Assembly (NCBI RefSeq): GCF_006345805.1
Contig: NC_042999.1
Coordinates: 124,000,001-124,064,000 of the forward strand
Direction: 5' to 3'
Length of the DNA: 64,000 nucleotides
Source of the DNA: Octopus sinensis
Taxonomy: Eukaryota
Shown: positions 53,095-64,000 of the stretch, one piece after another
Numbering within the stretch: the first letter of the stretch is position 1
How the letters are laid out: each line of letters begins with the position of its first letter
The notes under the pieces: model-generated
What the model saw: only the letters and a program-made list of their open reading frames with translations
Database searches by the model: none
Told to the model about the DNA's origin: nothing
Translations under genes and position numbers: made by a program

Positions 53095-53645
53095 ATGCTA
53101 GCAAGTCCGTTGGATGTGCAATGTGCAACAGAGTAGAAGAGTTTTAAGAGAAAAATTGGGTATAAGGAGCATCAGATGTAGTGTGCAGGAGAGAAGACGG
53201 TGCTGGTATGGTCATGTGATGCATATGGATGAGGACAGTTGCATCAAGAAGTGCCAATCTTTAATTTTTGAAAGAACATGTGGAAGAAGTAGACCCAGGA
53301 AGATGTGAGACAAAGTGGTGAAATGTGATCTTCAGATGTTCAGTCTCGTGGAGGCAATGACAAATGACTGAGACTTCTGGCGAATTTCTGAGCTTGAGAA
53401 GACATGTCAAACTAAACGAAGTTATGGTCATGGCCAGTACCGGTGACATGTGAATGGTACCTGTGCCAGGGACTCATGACAGGCATCCATGCTGGTGATG
53501 CCTAAAAGGTGCCCAGTACACTCTGTGTGATGGTTGGCTTTAGGAAAGACATCCAGCTGTAAAAAGCAAGCCAAAGTTGACTGGAGTCTGGTGCAGCTCT
53601 TCAGCTTACCATCTCTAGTCAAACCATCTAATGATAATGATGACT
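53095..53645 (+). mobile_element. RTE-clade LINE 3' fragment
   Basis: REKLGIRSIRCSVQERRRCWYGHVMHMDEDSCIKKC...RSRPRK followed by the RTE 3' UTR. Confidence 0.8.
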
Positions 53646-53664
53646 GGTCAGACACTGACCAGTT

Positions 53665-54330
53665 AAAGGTGGGCTGGCAGAAACATTAGCATGCCGGGCG
53701 AAATGCTTAGCAGTATTTTGTCTGCCACTACATTTTGAGTTCAAATTCCGCCAAAGTGGACTTTGCCTTTCATCCTTTCGGGGTTGATTAAACAAGTACC
53801 AGTTATGCACTGGGGTCGATATAATCGACTTAATCCATTTGTCTGTCCTTGTTTGTCCTCTCTGTGTTTAGCTCCTTGTGGGTAGTAAAGAAATAAGATA
53901 ATGATGACTGTTGGACTACAAAAATATCTTGTCCAGAATAACAGAAAATTACTATTCTATGTCCAGCATTCATTTGCTGCACATCACTTTGCAAAAGATC
54001 ATACTGATCATCTATTTAAATTGCTAATATTTACAAATATGCTTATTTTCATTTGACAAAAATTTGTGTACATGTGGCTGTTTTTGTTGTTGTTGTTGTC
54101 TGCCTCTTGTTATAAATGTTCAGTTATCATTATTACAATGATAATTATGATGGCGAGCTGGCAGAATCATTAGCACACCAAGCATTTTGTCCGTCTTTGT
54201 GTTCTGGGTTCAAATTTCACTGAGACTAACTTTACCTTTCATTCTTTCAGGATTAATGAAGCAAGTACCAGTTATGCACTGAGGGTGATGTAATCAACTA
54301 GCCCCCTCCCCAAAAATTTCAGACCTTGTC
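53665..54330 (+). mobile_element. Two family B SINEs (about 53665-53900 and 54150-54330)
   Basis: Family B head and core motifs. Confidence 0.8.
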
Positions 54331-54822
54331 ATTATTTTCTTTGCACATATCTGAAGTTATTTCTTTTTTCTCTGTGACATTAGATTTCTTATTTTTCTCT
54401 TTCTTTCTTTCTTTTCATACAATCAATGCAAATATTTTTTCCACAAAGTTTGCAGCAGTGGTGGGATGCTTTGGTTTATGTCAGTCCAACCACCACTGTT
54501 GTCAAAGAAAGTGCCTTTTTCCTACATCCCCAAGACAAAAACCATACAAAAATATGAGTGTGTGAACTGTTTTACAAATATAAAGATGTAAAATGGAGGA
54601 ATACATACTTTCATTATTCTACCTGAGGGCAAAACTGAAGAGGACACTAAAACAGTTCCAAAGTCTTCTATTGGTAAATAATTATCCAAAGAAACTTTCT
54701 TTCATTGAATACAATCAAAGTAAATTCAGTTCCTGTACACAACCAATCCAAACACATTCATGCAATCCAAATCACAAATAATAATAATAATGATAATAAT
54801 AATAATAATAATGATAATAATT

Positions 54823-57800
54823 ATCGTAGCACCAAAATGTTTTTGGAAACTAAAAGGAAAACTAAATCAGTATACCAAATCGCTTGTCCTATGGTTAATC
54901 TGGAAGCGCGTCCCCCAGGGAAGAGCCAGCCTGGGATCGAAAAGTCATCAACTGGCACAAACTCTTCTCTGAATACGGACATGGATGGTCACTTGAACGG
55001 GAAATCCCCCAACTCGAGCCCTCCAAGTTCACCACCACAACCACCACAGAAAGAAAAATGTAAGCGGAACAAATGGACCCGAGAAGAGTATAAAGAAGTA
55101 ATATACGCTTATTACTATGCATTAGGTAGGCCATCTCAAGAGAGACACACCGCAAACTCTTACAGTATATGGAGAACACGGAATCAAGACAGTAGGCCCT
55201 ATTTGGACGAGAACAAATTAGCAAATGTGAGGAGGGATATCTTTAGAAATAACAGACTCACAGACAGTGAAATAAGCGCGATCAAGCACGCAACGGAAAA
55301 TGACATAAATATAAGACACAAGGGAAATGAAGAATCAGATGAACAGTATAGCCCGCCACGAGGCTTAATTGAAAGACTGCCATCTGACCAAAGTACGCAA
55401 AGGCCTGAAGATACAAGAAATTCTATTGTACCAGTTAAAGATAGCCAGGAAAACGAAAAAACAACAGTAACTGAAGATCTCGCATTTGCTGAAGAACACA
55501 GAGAGTCTATGGCAGAAATGAGGCAGAAAATCCTGAATACGCTTGAAGTTGTAAGACATACAAGTATGAATGATAGAGAACCACTTCATAAACTCTCAAA
55601 TACAAACCAAAATAAAAAACAAATCCAAATTGGCAACTATGTAACAAATGAAATAATACGAGAATTAAAACCTGATTTTACTGAGTTAAATGAAATTATT
55701 TACGCTTCTGCTAGGGCAATTGAAACCAGCTGTATGCCCCCAAAAAAACAAAGAAAACAAAACCTGGGAAGAAATCAAACCTGGAGAAGTAAAATTGAAA
55801 AAGAGATTGAATTTATGAGAGGGGAAATATCAATATTAAATGAACTAATATGTGGAAATGATGTAAGATCCAGAACAGGAAGAAAGATGAAGAGAAAATT
55901 TGGATCCTCACCAAGAGAACTGATATCAATAAAAGAAACGCTGAAACAAAAAGTCCAAGCAAAAGGCCAAAGAATACGAAGATTTGAGAAGAGAAACAAG
56001 TTTTACAAGCAAAATAAGCTGTTCACATCCAATGCCAAAAAGTTCTACAGAGAAATAGGGAAGGAGAAAGTAACCATTGAAGACCCCCCTCCCATGGAAG
56101 AAGTTCAAAACTTTTGGAAAAGGATTTGGAGTGACAAGAAGACGTACAACATAAATGCAGACTGGATTATACAAACTGAAGGATCCTACCAAAATTTACA
56201 ACAACAAGCATGGGAAGACATCACAATAGCAGACCTAAGAAAGGCACTCACGAAGGCCCATAATTGGAAATCCCCCGGTAAAGATAGGGTGCCGAATTTC
56301 TGGCTCGCATCGCTCCCATGCGCACACGGTAAGCTAGTTCAGCTGCTCAATGGAATTATGAGAGACCCAAAGAAAACACCTGAATGGTTAGCAAGTGGCA
56401 TTACTTACCTACTCCCAAAGAATAACGAAACCAACCTTCCAAAAAACTATCGGCCTATAACCTGTCTATCCACCACGTATAAAATCCTAACATCTATCCT
56501 GGCGGAGAAAACATATGCATTCATGGAGAAGAACGATATTTTCCCCATTGAACAAAAAGGGTGCCGCCGAGGCTCTTACGGATGCAAAGATCAACTGCTA
56601 ATCAATCGTATGATCCTTGAGAACTGTCACAACAAGCGCAGAAATCTCAGCACCGCATGGATTGGCTATAAAAAGGCCTTCGACAGTATACCGCATCCAT
56701 AGATCTTGAGATCGCTGGACATCTTCAAAATTTCCCCTGTGATTTCAAACTTCCTGAAGCACAATATGTCGTTGTGGAATACGAATCTCCAATTGTACCA
56801 CTCTAATGGAGTACTTGCCTCAGAAAATATAAACAACAACTGTGGAATTTTTCAAGGTGACTCACTTTCACCTTTAATATTCTGTATAGCCCTAATACCC
56901 CTTACAAGTGAATTAAACAGAACAGGGTATGGGTATAAAATTGCCAATAAAAAAATAAGCTATCTATTTTATATGGATGACTTAAAACTTTATGGTAAAG
57001 ACAATAATGAACTTGAAGGCCTATTGCGCACCATGAAAGCATTCAGCGATGACATCGGGATGGAGTTTGGACTTGAGAAGTGTGCCAAGGCCACTTTCCA
57101 GAAAGGGAAAGTGAAGACCACAAATTCAGTCTTGTTAGATATTGACACAGTCATAATAGAGCTTGAGCAAGAACAAACATACAAATATTTAGGGATAAAT
57201 GAAGGCTCTGGTATTCAGCATACAAGCATGAAAGAGAAGATCAGGAAGGAATGTTATAGGAGAGTTCGTGCAGTCCTGAAATCTGAACTAAATGCACGTA
57301 ACAAGGTGTTAGCTATAAATTCCTTAGCAGTTCCAGTTGTTACTTATAGCTACAATGTGTTGAACTGGAATATGAGTGAAGTAAAGAATATAGATAGAAA
57401 AATACGCAAGCTGCTGAGTTGTAATAGGATGCACCACCCAAAGGCAGACGTAGATCGCCTTTACCTTCCCAGAGCCCAAGGAGGTCGAGGCCTGATCCAA
57501 TTTGAACTAGCTTACAAAACAACCACAATTGGACTGGCCAAATATCTCGAAATATCGAATGACTGGATGCTAAAGCTCGTGGAAAATCACGAGAGACGAA
57601 AGAAGCTTCATTCTATCATCAAGGAAAGCAAAAAATTTGCTATTGATCTCGTGCAGGATACCCAAACTGAACAACCCGAGGGAAGTACAGCAACTATTGT
57701 TGCAAAGAAGGTGAAAATGATGGCAATGAAAAAAGCGCACGAGCAATTGGCTGATAGGTGGGAGGAGAAACCTCTGCACGGCAAATATGTGACCCGCAGC

Positions 57801-58705
57801 AAACAAGCTGATGTTGACCAGAAGCAAACCCATCAGTGGCTGCGGAGCTCAGGGCTAAAAGCAGAGAGCGAAGATTTCATCCTGGCTGCTCAAGACCAAA
57901 GCCTATTAACCCGGAACTACCAGGCCAATGTGATGAAAAATGGAGCAGACCCAAAATGCTGATTCTGCAACGACATGATTGAAACAGTGGACCACCTAAT
58001 CTCTGGATGTAAAGTCTTAGCACCAGTGGAGTATAAATTAAGACATGACAGAGTTGGCCAATATCTCCACTGGCTAATAAGTCGGCATTACAATATCAAA
58101 ACTGCCGACAAGTGGTATAATCACCACCCTGAGGCTGTAACTGAAGGAGAAAATGTAACCATTCTGTTGGACTTTCCAGTACATACAGACCGAACCATCA
58201 AGGCCAATAAACCAGATATTGTTGTGAAAGACCAAAACAATAAAGTTTGCTTATTGATCGACATGAGCATCCCCTGTGATCATAATATCTCAGCGAAAGA
58301 GTTTGACAAGCTCAGAAAATATGAAGACCTACTCATTGAAATTGAGAAAATGTGGCATCTCAAGGCGGTTACAATACCAGTGATCGTAGGAGCACTAGGA
58401 ATGATCAAGAAGGGAACCGAAAATTATATGAGAATGATCCCTGGCTTATCATCCCTGCAAGAAGTGCAAAAGATTGTCTTAACTGGTACATCACATGTAT
58501 TGAGAAGAGCATTGTCGATGTGAGAACTGTTGCTGCTCATGTATTTTAATTTAACTTTAAAAAAGAAAAAAAAAAAAAATGAACGAACTACTGAGTTTGG
58601 TTTAATGGCCTACCAATATACACTATGAGTTTCTTTGCCCTAGGAGTCGGGAAGACACTCGGCAAGAAATGGAAGAAAATTTGAAAGAAGAAAAAAAAAG
58701 TATTA
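54823..58705 (+). mobile_element. Near-full-length R4/Dong-type (RLE) non-LTR retrotransposon inserted in (TAA)n
   Basis: Single long ORF with RT, CCHC and PD-(D/E)xK endonuclease motifs. (AAT)n tracts at 54779-54822 and 58706-58768. Confidence 0.95.
54837..58523 (+). pseudogene. 1228-codon RT/RLE polyprotein ORF with two in-frame stops
   Basis: The three ORF-track segments share one frame. Motifs KWTREEY, KSPGKD, PITCLSTTYK, QGDSLSP, YMDD, C*FC...DHLISGC, RHD, KPDIVV...IDMSIP. Stops at 56700-56702 and 57960-57962; WIGYKKAFD has G where Asp is expected. Confidence 0.9.
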
Positions 58706-58710
58706 TAATG

Positions 58711-58765
<55 letters not shown>

Positions 58766-58769
58766 TAAT

Positions 58770-59110
58770 GTAGCCATACGAAATGACATGAATGTTGTGA
58801 GTAAAGAGGTTGAAAAAATCACCAAGAACTCTGAATTAAAAGTGGAAATGGCAAGACAGTATGGGATGCGAGAGGGTAATGTAACAGTGATAACAGTGGT
58901 GATCAGAACATTGGGCTCAATCCCATTGAAACTTCAAGACTTCTTAAGGCAACTGGAAATCCCATGCAAGATTGATGTCTTGCAAAAAGCAGCCTTGTTG
59001 GGCATAGCACACATCTTAAGGAAAGTATTATCCTGTTTGAGGTCCTTGTGACTTGATAGATGACTAAAATCTCCGGTGCATTTTTACCTACACTGTGTTA
59101 GAAAGGAATG
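58770..59110 (+). mobile_element. 3' fragment of a different R4/Dong-like subfamily directly after (TAA)n
   Basis: EKITKNSELKVEMARQYG...VITVVIRTLGSIP...LQKAALLGIAHILRKVL resembles the RLE C-terminus. Confidence 0.65.
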
Positions 59111-59931
59111 ATAATGATAATAATTCCTCAATAGTTCTTTTACATACCTTTCTATTAATAAAAGTGCTGTGAATATAAGAGAAATATCAGAAGGACCTGT
59201 TTTTCATTCATAGGTAATCCACCTATTTTCTGATTGTAATAAGACACTCATATAATTGTCATGCTGAAAGGAGGATGACAAACAGCAATCCATAGTAACT
59301 GTCTCCTTAGATAGTTTTGGCTTGGGAAATTTCTAGAAAGCATTATACATTGCATGACAATGTTTAAGATGTTAAATAACATTTACCCTCAGAAAAAAAA
59401 AGAAAATTCTTCAATCATTCAGCACATGATTTCTCAGAAAAAAAGAAAAAAAAAGGAAAGATCTTTTACAATGATTCATTGTGTTAGTCCTTCGCAAAAT
59501 AAATGTATTTTAAGGAAGAACTACATTCAACAACATCTTTCTGCAGAATACAAAACAGAATGTCATTGATGGGCATCAAAAGCTGCAAGTCAATCAATAT
59601 AACAATTAATTCAAATTTGTTGTTTATAGAAACACATTGAATTATTCATGAATATCAAAAGAAAGGATTTCAGTGTGATGCTTCTCAAACCAAATCACTT
59701 ATCAATGTGCAAATAATATGTTCATTCACTGTTTATCAAATATGTTTGTTATGTCACATTAATGGCATTAAATGGCATTAAAACATTCATGAATTCTCCA
59801 GTGATCCTTAAAGGTTGTTTTATCACTAGAATACAGATGTTGTTTTTGTGACTTCCATAAATTCTTTAGACAATACATTTTTGTAGTCATTGAAAATATT
59901 TTCAGATTATTAAACTTTATATATAAACAAA

Positions 59932-59985
<54 letters not shown>

Positions 59986-60279
59986 TGGGGGCACACAACC
60001 TACTGACTAAGTTGTTGCACTCACAATTGCAACACAGCGGTTTCAATTCCCAGTCAAGTGATGCATTTTTTTCTTGTGCAAAACAGTACATTTTATGTTC
60101 ATTCAGTCCACTCAGCTGTAAATGAGTAACCCTGAAATGAACCTTCGTTTCATTCAAGGGTGATGTTGGCCTGCCAGCCTAACTTGTTGGGTAACATCAT
60201 TCAAAAGCTACAACAATGCAAGGAAGCATATGGTGACCAACAGTGTGTAACAACATCAGATAATCTGGGTGGTATAGTG

Positions 60280-60314
<35 letters not shown>

Positions 60315-60406
60315 ATATGTAATTGTTAAAGAGGACAACAAACGTTGAGGCAAGGCAAACATCTCAAGTCACATACATTATTATTATTATTGGAAAAAGA
60401 TTCAAA

Positions 60407-60462
60407 GTCTTACAGGTGTTTCTGGGATATCCCAGAGTATGGAATATTCCATCATCGAAGAT
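60407..60462 (-). ncRNA. Decayed hammerhead-like fold in the left arm
   Basis: Minus strand: TCGATGA TGGAATATTCCA tactc TGGGATATCCCA GAA ACACCTGT A AGAC. Confidence 0.45.
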
Positions 60463-60607
60463 AAATAGGAAAAACGAGAGTGGTATAGATTAATGAAATG
60501 ATGACATAGAGGAGCTTTTATGCTTCTTTTTTCATCTCCTTATTTCTTTTCTCCTGTCCTCTATGTCATCATTTCATTAATCCATACCCTTCTAATTTTC
60601 CGTATTT

Positions 60608-60663
60608 GTCTCCAATGATGGAATATCCCATACTCTGGGATATCCCAGAAACAGCTGTAAGAC
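60608..60663 (+). ncRNA. Hammerhead-like fold in the right arm (inferred ancestral core CCGAUGA)
   Basis: Stem I GTCT/AGAC, core CCAATGA, 12-bp stem II with one mismatch, GAA, palindromic stem III ACAGCTGT, GUA triplet. Confidence 0.6.
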
Positions 60664-60897
60664 TTTGAATTTTTTCCAGTAATAATAATGTATATGACTT
60701 GAGATGTTTGCTTTGCCTTAACATTTATTGTCCTCCTTGACAATTATATATCCACTATATTGGAAATTTTCATTGGCTCCATAACAGCCGTCTCAGCTAT
60801 AACCTTGGTGCCCTAGTAATCCATTACAGCATTTACCTAGTGTATCTAATCATTTAGATCACCTGTGAATCAAACCCCAATATTTTGTATATATATA

Positions 60898-62451
60898 CAG
60901 CCTTGGTCAAAAGTATTCGGCCACCCCAATGTTTTGGAGTTCTGCTGTCTCAATGTTAATGAAACTCATGCACATGGTAGATTATGGTATATTTCACAAT
61001 ATACATTAGTTTTAATATCTGGCTGACCCTCCTTTCGCACGAATTACCACTTTTATACAGTTAGGCATTGAATCAACTAGCTTCTTGCAAGTGCTAAGTG
61101 CAATTTTACTCAATTCTTTTCTCAACTGTTGGTACAAATGCTCTTTATTTTTAATTGCAGTGTTCCTGATAGCTTCATCAAGAGTTCTCCATAGGTGTTG
61201 GATTGGATTTAGATCAGGACTTTGAGCCGGCCAGTCCATGGGAATAATATCTAGTTTCTCAAACTACTGACGAGTATTCTTTGCTGTATGGCACGGGACC
61301 TTGTCCTGTTAAAAAATAACACTGTTTTTGAACACTCCTGGATGCAATTTAGCAATTGATGGCTCTAAAACATCCGATAACATAGAAACATAGGTAGCTG
61401 AATTCATCCTTCCCTGACATAAAAACATTTCTACGGGTCCTGTGGCATACATGCAGGCCCACACCATGATAGAACCACCCCATGTTTTACGGTTGGTACC
61501 AGACATTCAGCCTTAAATGCTTCCCCAACTCTGCGATGCACGAAAGTTGCACCAGATGTACCGAAAACCAGAGTAAAAACATAAAAAATAATATTATCTT
61601 TATGTTGGATAATTTTTTATATATTTTGGCCAAGAAACCAGTTACATTAAGTTTATATGTTGATTGAACAAATGTACTATCTTACATCATAGTTACTTTT
61701 ATCAGACCCTATGACTTTCGACCATTGCTCACTGGTCCAATTTGAGTGGTTTTCGGCCCACTGAAGACGTTTTTCCATATTCACTTCAGAAACCCCTGGC
61801 TTCTTCCTGGCTTTACAGCCTTTCAGACCATACTCTGTAAGCCTTCTTCTAACAGTTCTGGTTGATATTTGTGAAGTACTTGCTTCGTTGAAGTCCACAC
61901 AGAGCTCTGACGATGTTTTCCTCCTGTTTCTGAGTGACTGACGGATGATAGATCTATCCTCTCAAGGTGATGTAACCTTTTTTATACCTGTTCTTTGTAT
62001 TGTCTTTGCATCTTTTGTCTCTCTGAAGTGCTTGAGAGTCGTTTGCACCACACATCAAGAACATTTCATCTGATGAGCGAGTTGCCTTTGAGATATTCCA
62101 TCTTCACGATGAGCTATGATATGACCTCGTTCACACTCACTCAACTCCCTTGTTTTAGGCATTTTACTGTTTATTAACTATATCAACGACATATTTTAGC
62201 ATAAAACTCTGAAATAATCAAGGAAACATAAGTTAATATAATTTAATTTTGGACGCTCGTTTTACTCATAATTGGTAGCATATGTACAGTACAGTATAAA
62301 AGCAGTAATTGATGCTAAAGGAGGGTCAACCAGATATTAAAACTAATGTATATTGTGAAATATACCATAATCTACCATGTGCTCAAGTTTCATTTACATT
62401 GAAACAGCAGAACCCCAAAACATTGGGGTGGCCTAATACATTTGGCCAAGG

Positions 62452-62454
<3 letters not shown>
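60898..62454 (-). mobile_element. Tc1 (DD34E) transposon with long TIRs, full length but decayed
   Basis: TA|CAGCCTTGG...CCAAGGCTG|TA, TIRs of about 140-160 bp. Motifs TVRRRLTEYGL, WGGSIMVWACM, WPAQSPDLNPIQHLW, AKGGSARY*. Confidence 0.92.
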
Positions 62455-62489
<35 letters not shown>

Positions 62490-62496
62490 TATATAT

Positions 62497-62711
62497 AATA
62501 TTACATTATATAATTAGGGCTTAGTAAAATAAATTACTTTGCCACATACTGAACTTTCTAGAAATAGCTGCCAAAAAGTTTTTTAGCCATTTCCACTACT
62601 TTAAGAAAATTTCTCTCAGATAATGTTTACTCAAAAATAAAATTTTCTAGAAAGTTCAGTATGTGGCAAAGTAATTTATTTTACTAAGCCCTAATTATAT
62701 AATGTAATATT
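62497..62711. mobile_element. MITE/foldback with perfect 68-bp terminal inverted repeats
   Basis: 62497-62564 is the exact reverse complement of 62644-62711; 79-bp spacer. Confidence 0.85.
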
Positions 62712-62798
62712 TTGAATTCGCCTTAAATGGTCCTTTTACATACTGAACACTACTTTGGTGAAATTGATTAATAACTAATTAATTTTACCCTCAATTGT

Positions 62799-62841
<43 letters not shown>

Positions 62842-62842
62842 T

Positions 62843-63279
62843 AATAAGAGTAGAAATTAATATTGTTAATTAATGTCAATTTCAGCCAGTGGTCAGCAAA
62901 CTTGAAAAAACGTCCGAGGACAGTGAATTCTATTTAATATAAACAATATGAGAGACCACTATGTGGATCCCTTATATGCTAAAATTAGATGTCAAACCAT
63001 CTTACCATGAAATTTGTGTTTTCAAATTAGCAAGACACTAGATGTTTACAAGCTAGACAAATGAAAACAAATAAACATAGCACTTAATTCCATACCTTAA
63101 GGTTTTGACATGAACAATTCAATAATTGTCTGTGTCTCCCAGTGAAATCGGTGCTGACACAGCAATGGAACTGGACACCACCCATCTCCGTGAGAGGATA
63201 TGAATGTATAGAGTTTTAAGTATGCTGACTACTGGTTGAAATTGATATTATTTAATAATATTAATTTCTACTCTTATTT
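62843..63279. mobile_element. MITE/foldback with about 50-bp imperfect inverted ends
   Basis: AATAAGAGTAGAAATTAATATT...CAATTTCAGCCAGT versus ACTGGTTGAAATTG...AATATTAATTTCTACTCTTATT. Confidence 0.6.
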
Positions 63280-63899
63280 AATTTCAAACATCTGTGTTCT
63301 CTACCCAGTTGATTCACTGCTGAATATCATTCATTGCATTTATTTTCTGGCTTAGCATGCTTGTACAAGGGTGTTTGAACCAAAGTTAAAATACATGATA
63401 TTGGAACTCAATACATTCCAGCAGAAGGTCACTCACCTTCACTGCTCCATTGACCCAAATACTTAGGAGACAACTACCAAGGACCACTCAAAATGGAAGT
63501 GTGTCATCACCAAGGGAACAGACCAGATGGAAAATAACATTCGTCAAAAGGTAGAGATCAAATGCAAAGAGCAACTTACACTTCCTCATCCCCTGCCAAC
63601 TCTCTCTTGTGATAAATGTCCTAGCTCTTCTATACCACCCTTGGTCTGAACAGCCACCTCAAGCACCAGCACCCTTCATACCCATCAAAGTGAAGAAGCT
63701 CAATCACTCAATACAGGTCTACTATTCAGATATGGGTTAATGCCATCAATGACAATATATACACAGCATAATATAATACTTCATTTATAATATGTATATA
63801 TTACAGGGTGTTCTCCCACACATGATGTACACATCTTATGAACTGAAAAAATAATAGAAACTATATTATCTATTAGCATTTTTTTATTAACTCTAAAAT

Positions 63900-64000
63900 G
63901 GAAGCACTCCGTCGGTTACGACGACGAGGGTTCCGGTTGATCCGAATCAACAGAACAGCCTGCTCGTGAAATTAACGTGTAAGTGGCTGAGCACTCCACA
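63900..64000 (-). mobile_element. SINE family C, cut by the window edge
   Basis: GCACTCCGTCGGTTACGACGACGAGGGTTCC matches the 49975 copy. Confidence 0.75.

Larger units (their letters stand above)
60320..60746. mobile_element. Foldback of two inverted copies (about 190-bp arms) of a hammerhead-bearing PLE-like element
   Basis: 60320-60513 is the reverse complement of 60557-60746 with scattered differences, many of them transitions. TA repeats outside. Confidence 0.85.

Overview
AT-rich, microsatellite-dense eukaryotic DNA. The SINE and RTE families match those I recall from coleoid cephalopods (Octopus-like); this is recognition, not a database result. Most of the window is transposon debris: tRNA-derived SINEs, RTE 3' ends, mariner, two Tc1 elements, a maT-like remnant, a decayed hAT, a near-full-length R4/Dong-type non-LTR retrotransposon inside a (TAA)n tract, three further Dong fragments, a Penelope-like (PLE) GIY-YIG remnant, Helitron-like elements and several foldbacks. 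No complete host gene is recognisable, but a chain of very small minus-strand exons (about 39.7-50.7 kb) suggests an unidentified multi-exon gene. The main result is a set of small elements beside (TA)n tracts that carry minimal type I hammerhead-ribozyme folds with three non-canonical cores: GUGAACA (swap of the 3-8 pair), CCGAUGA (U4C) and CUGUUGA (A6U). One is a 365-bp retrozyme-like unit with 51-bp terminal direct repeats, and others are inverted foldbacks. A 262-bp near-perfect inverted duplication of a Tc1 transposase could form a silencing hairpin. All folds and exon chains were derived by eye and need computational and experimental confirmation. SINE and fragment boundaries are approximate.
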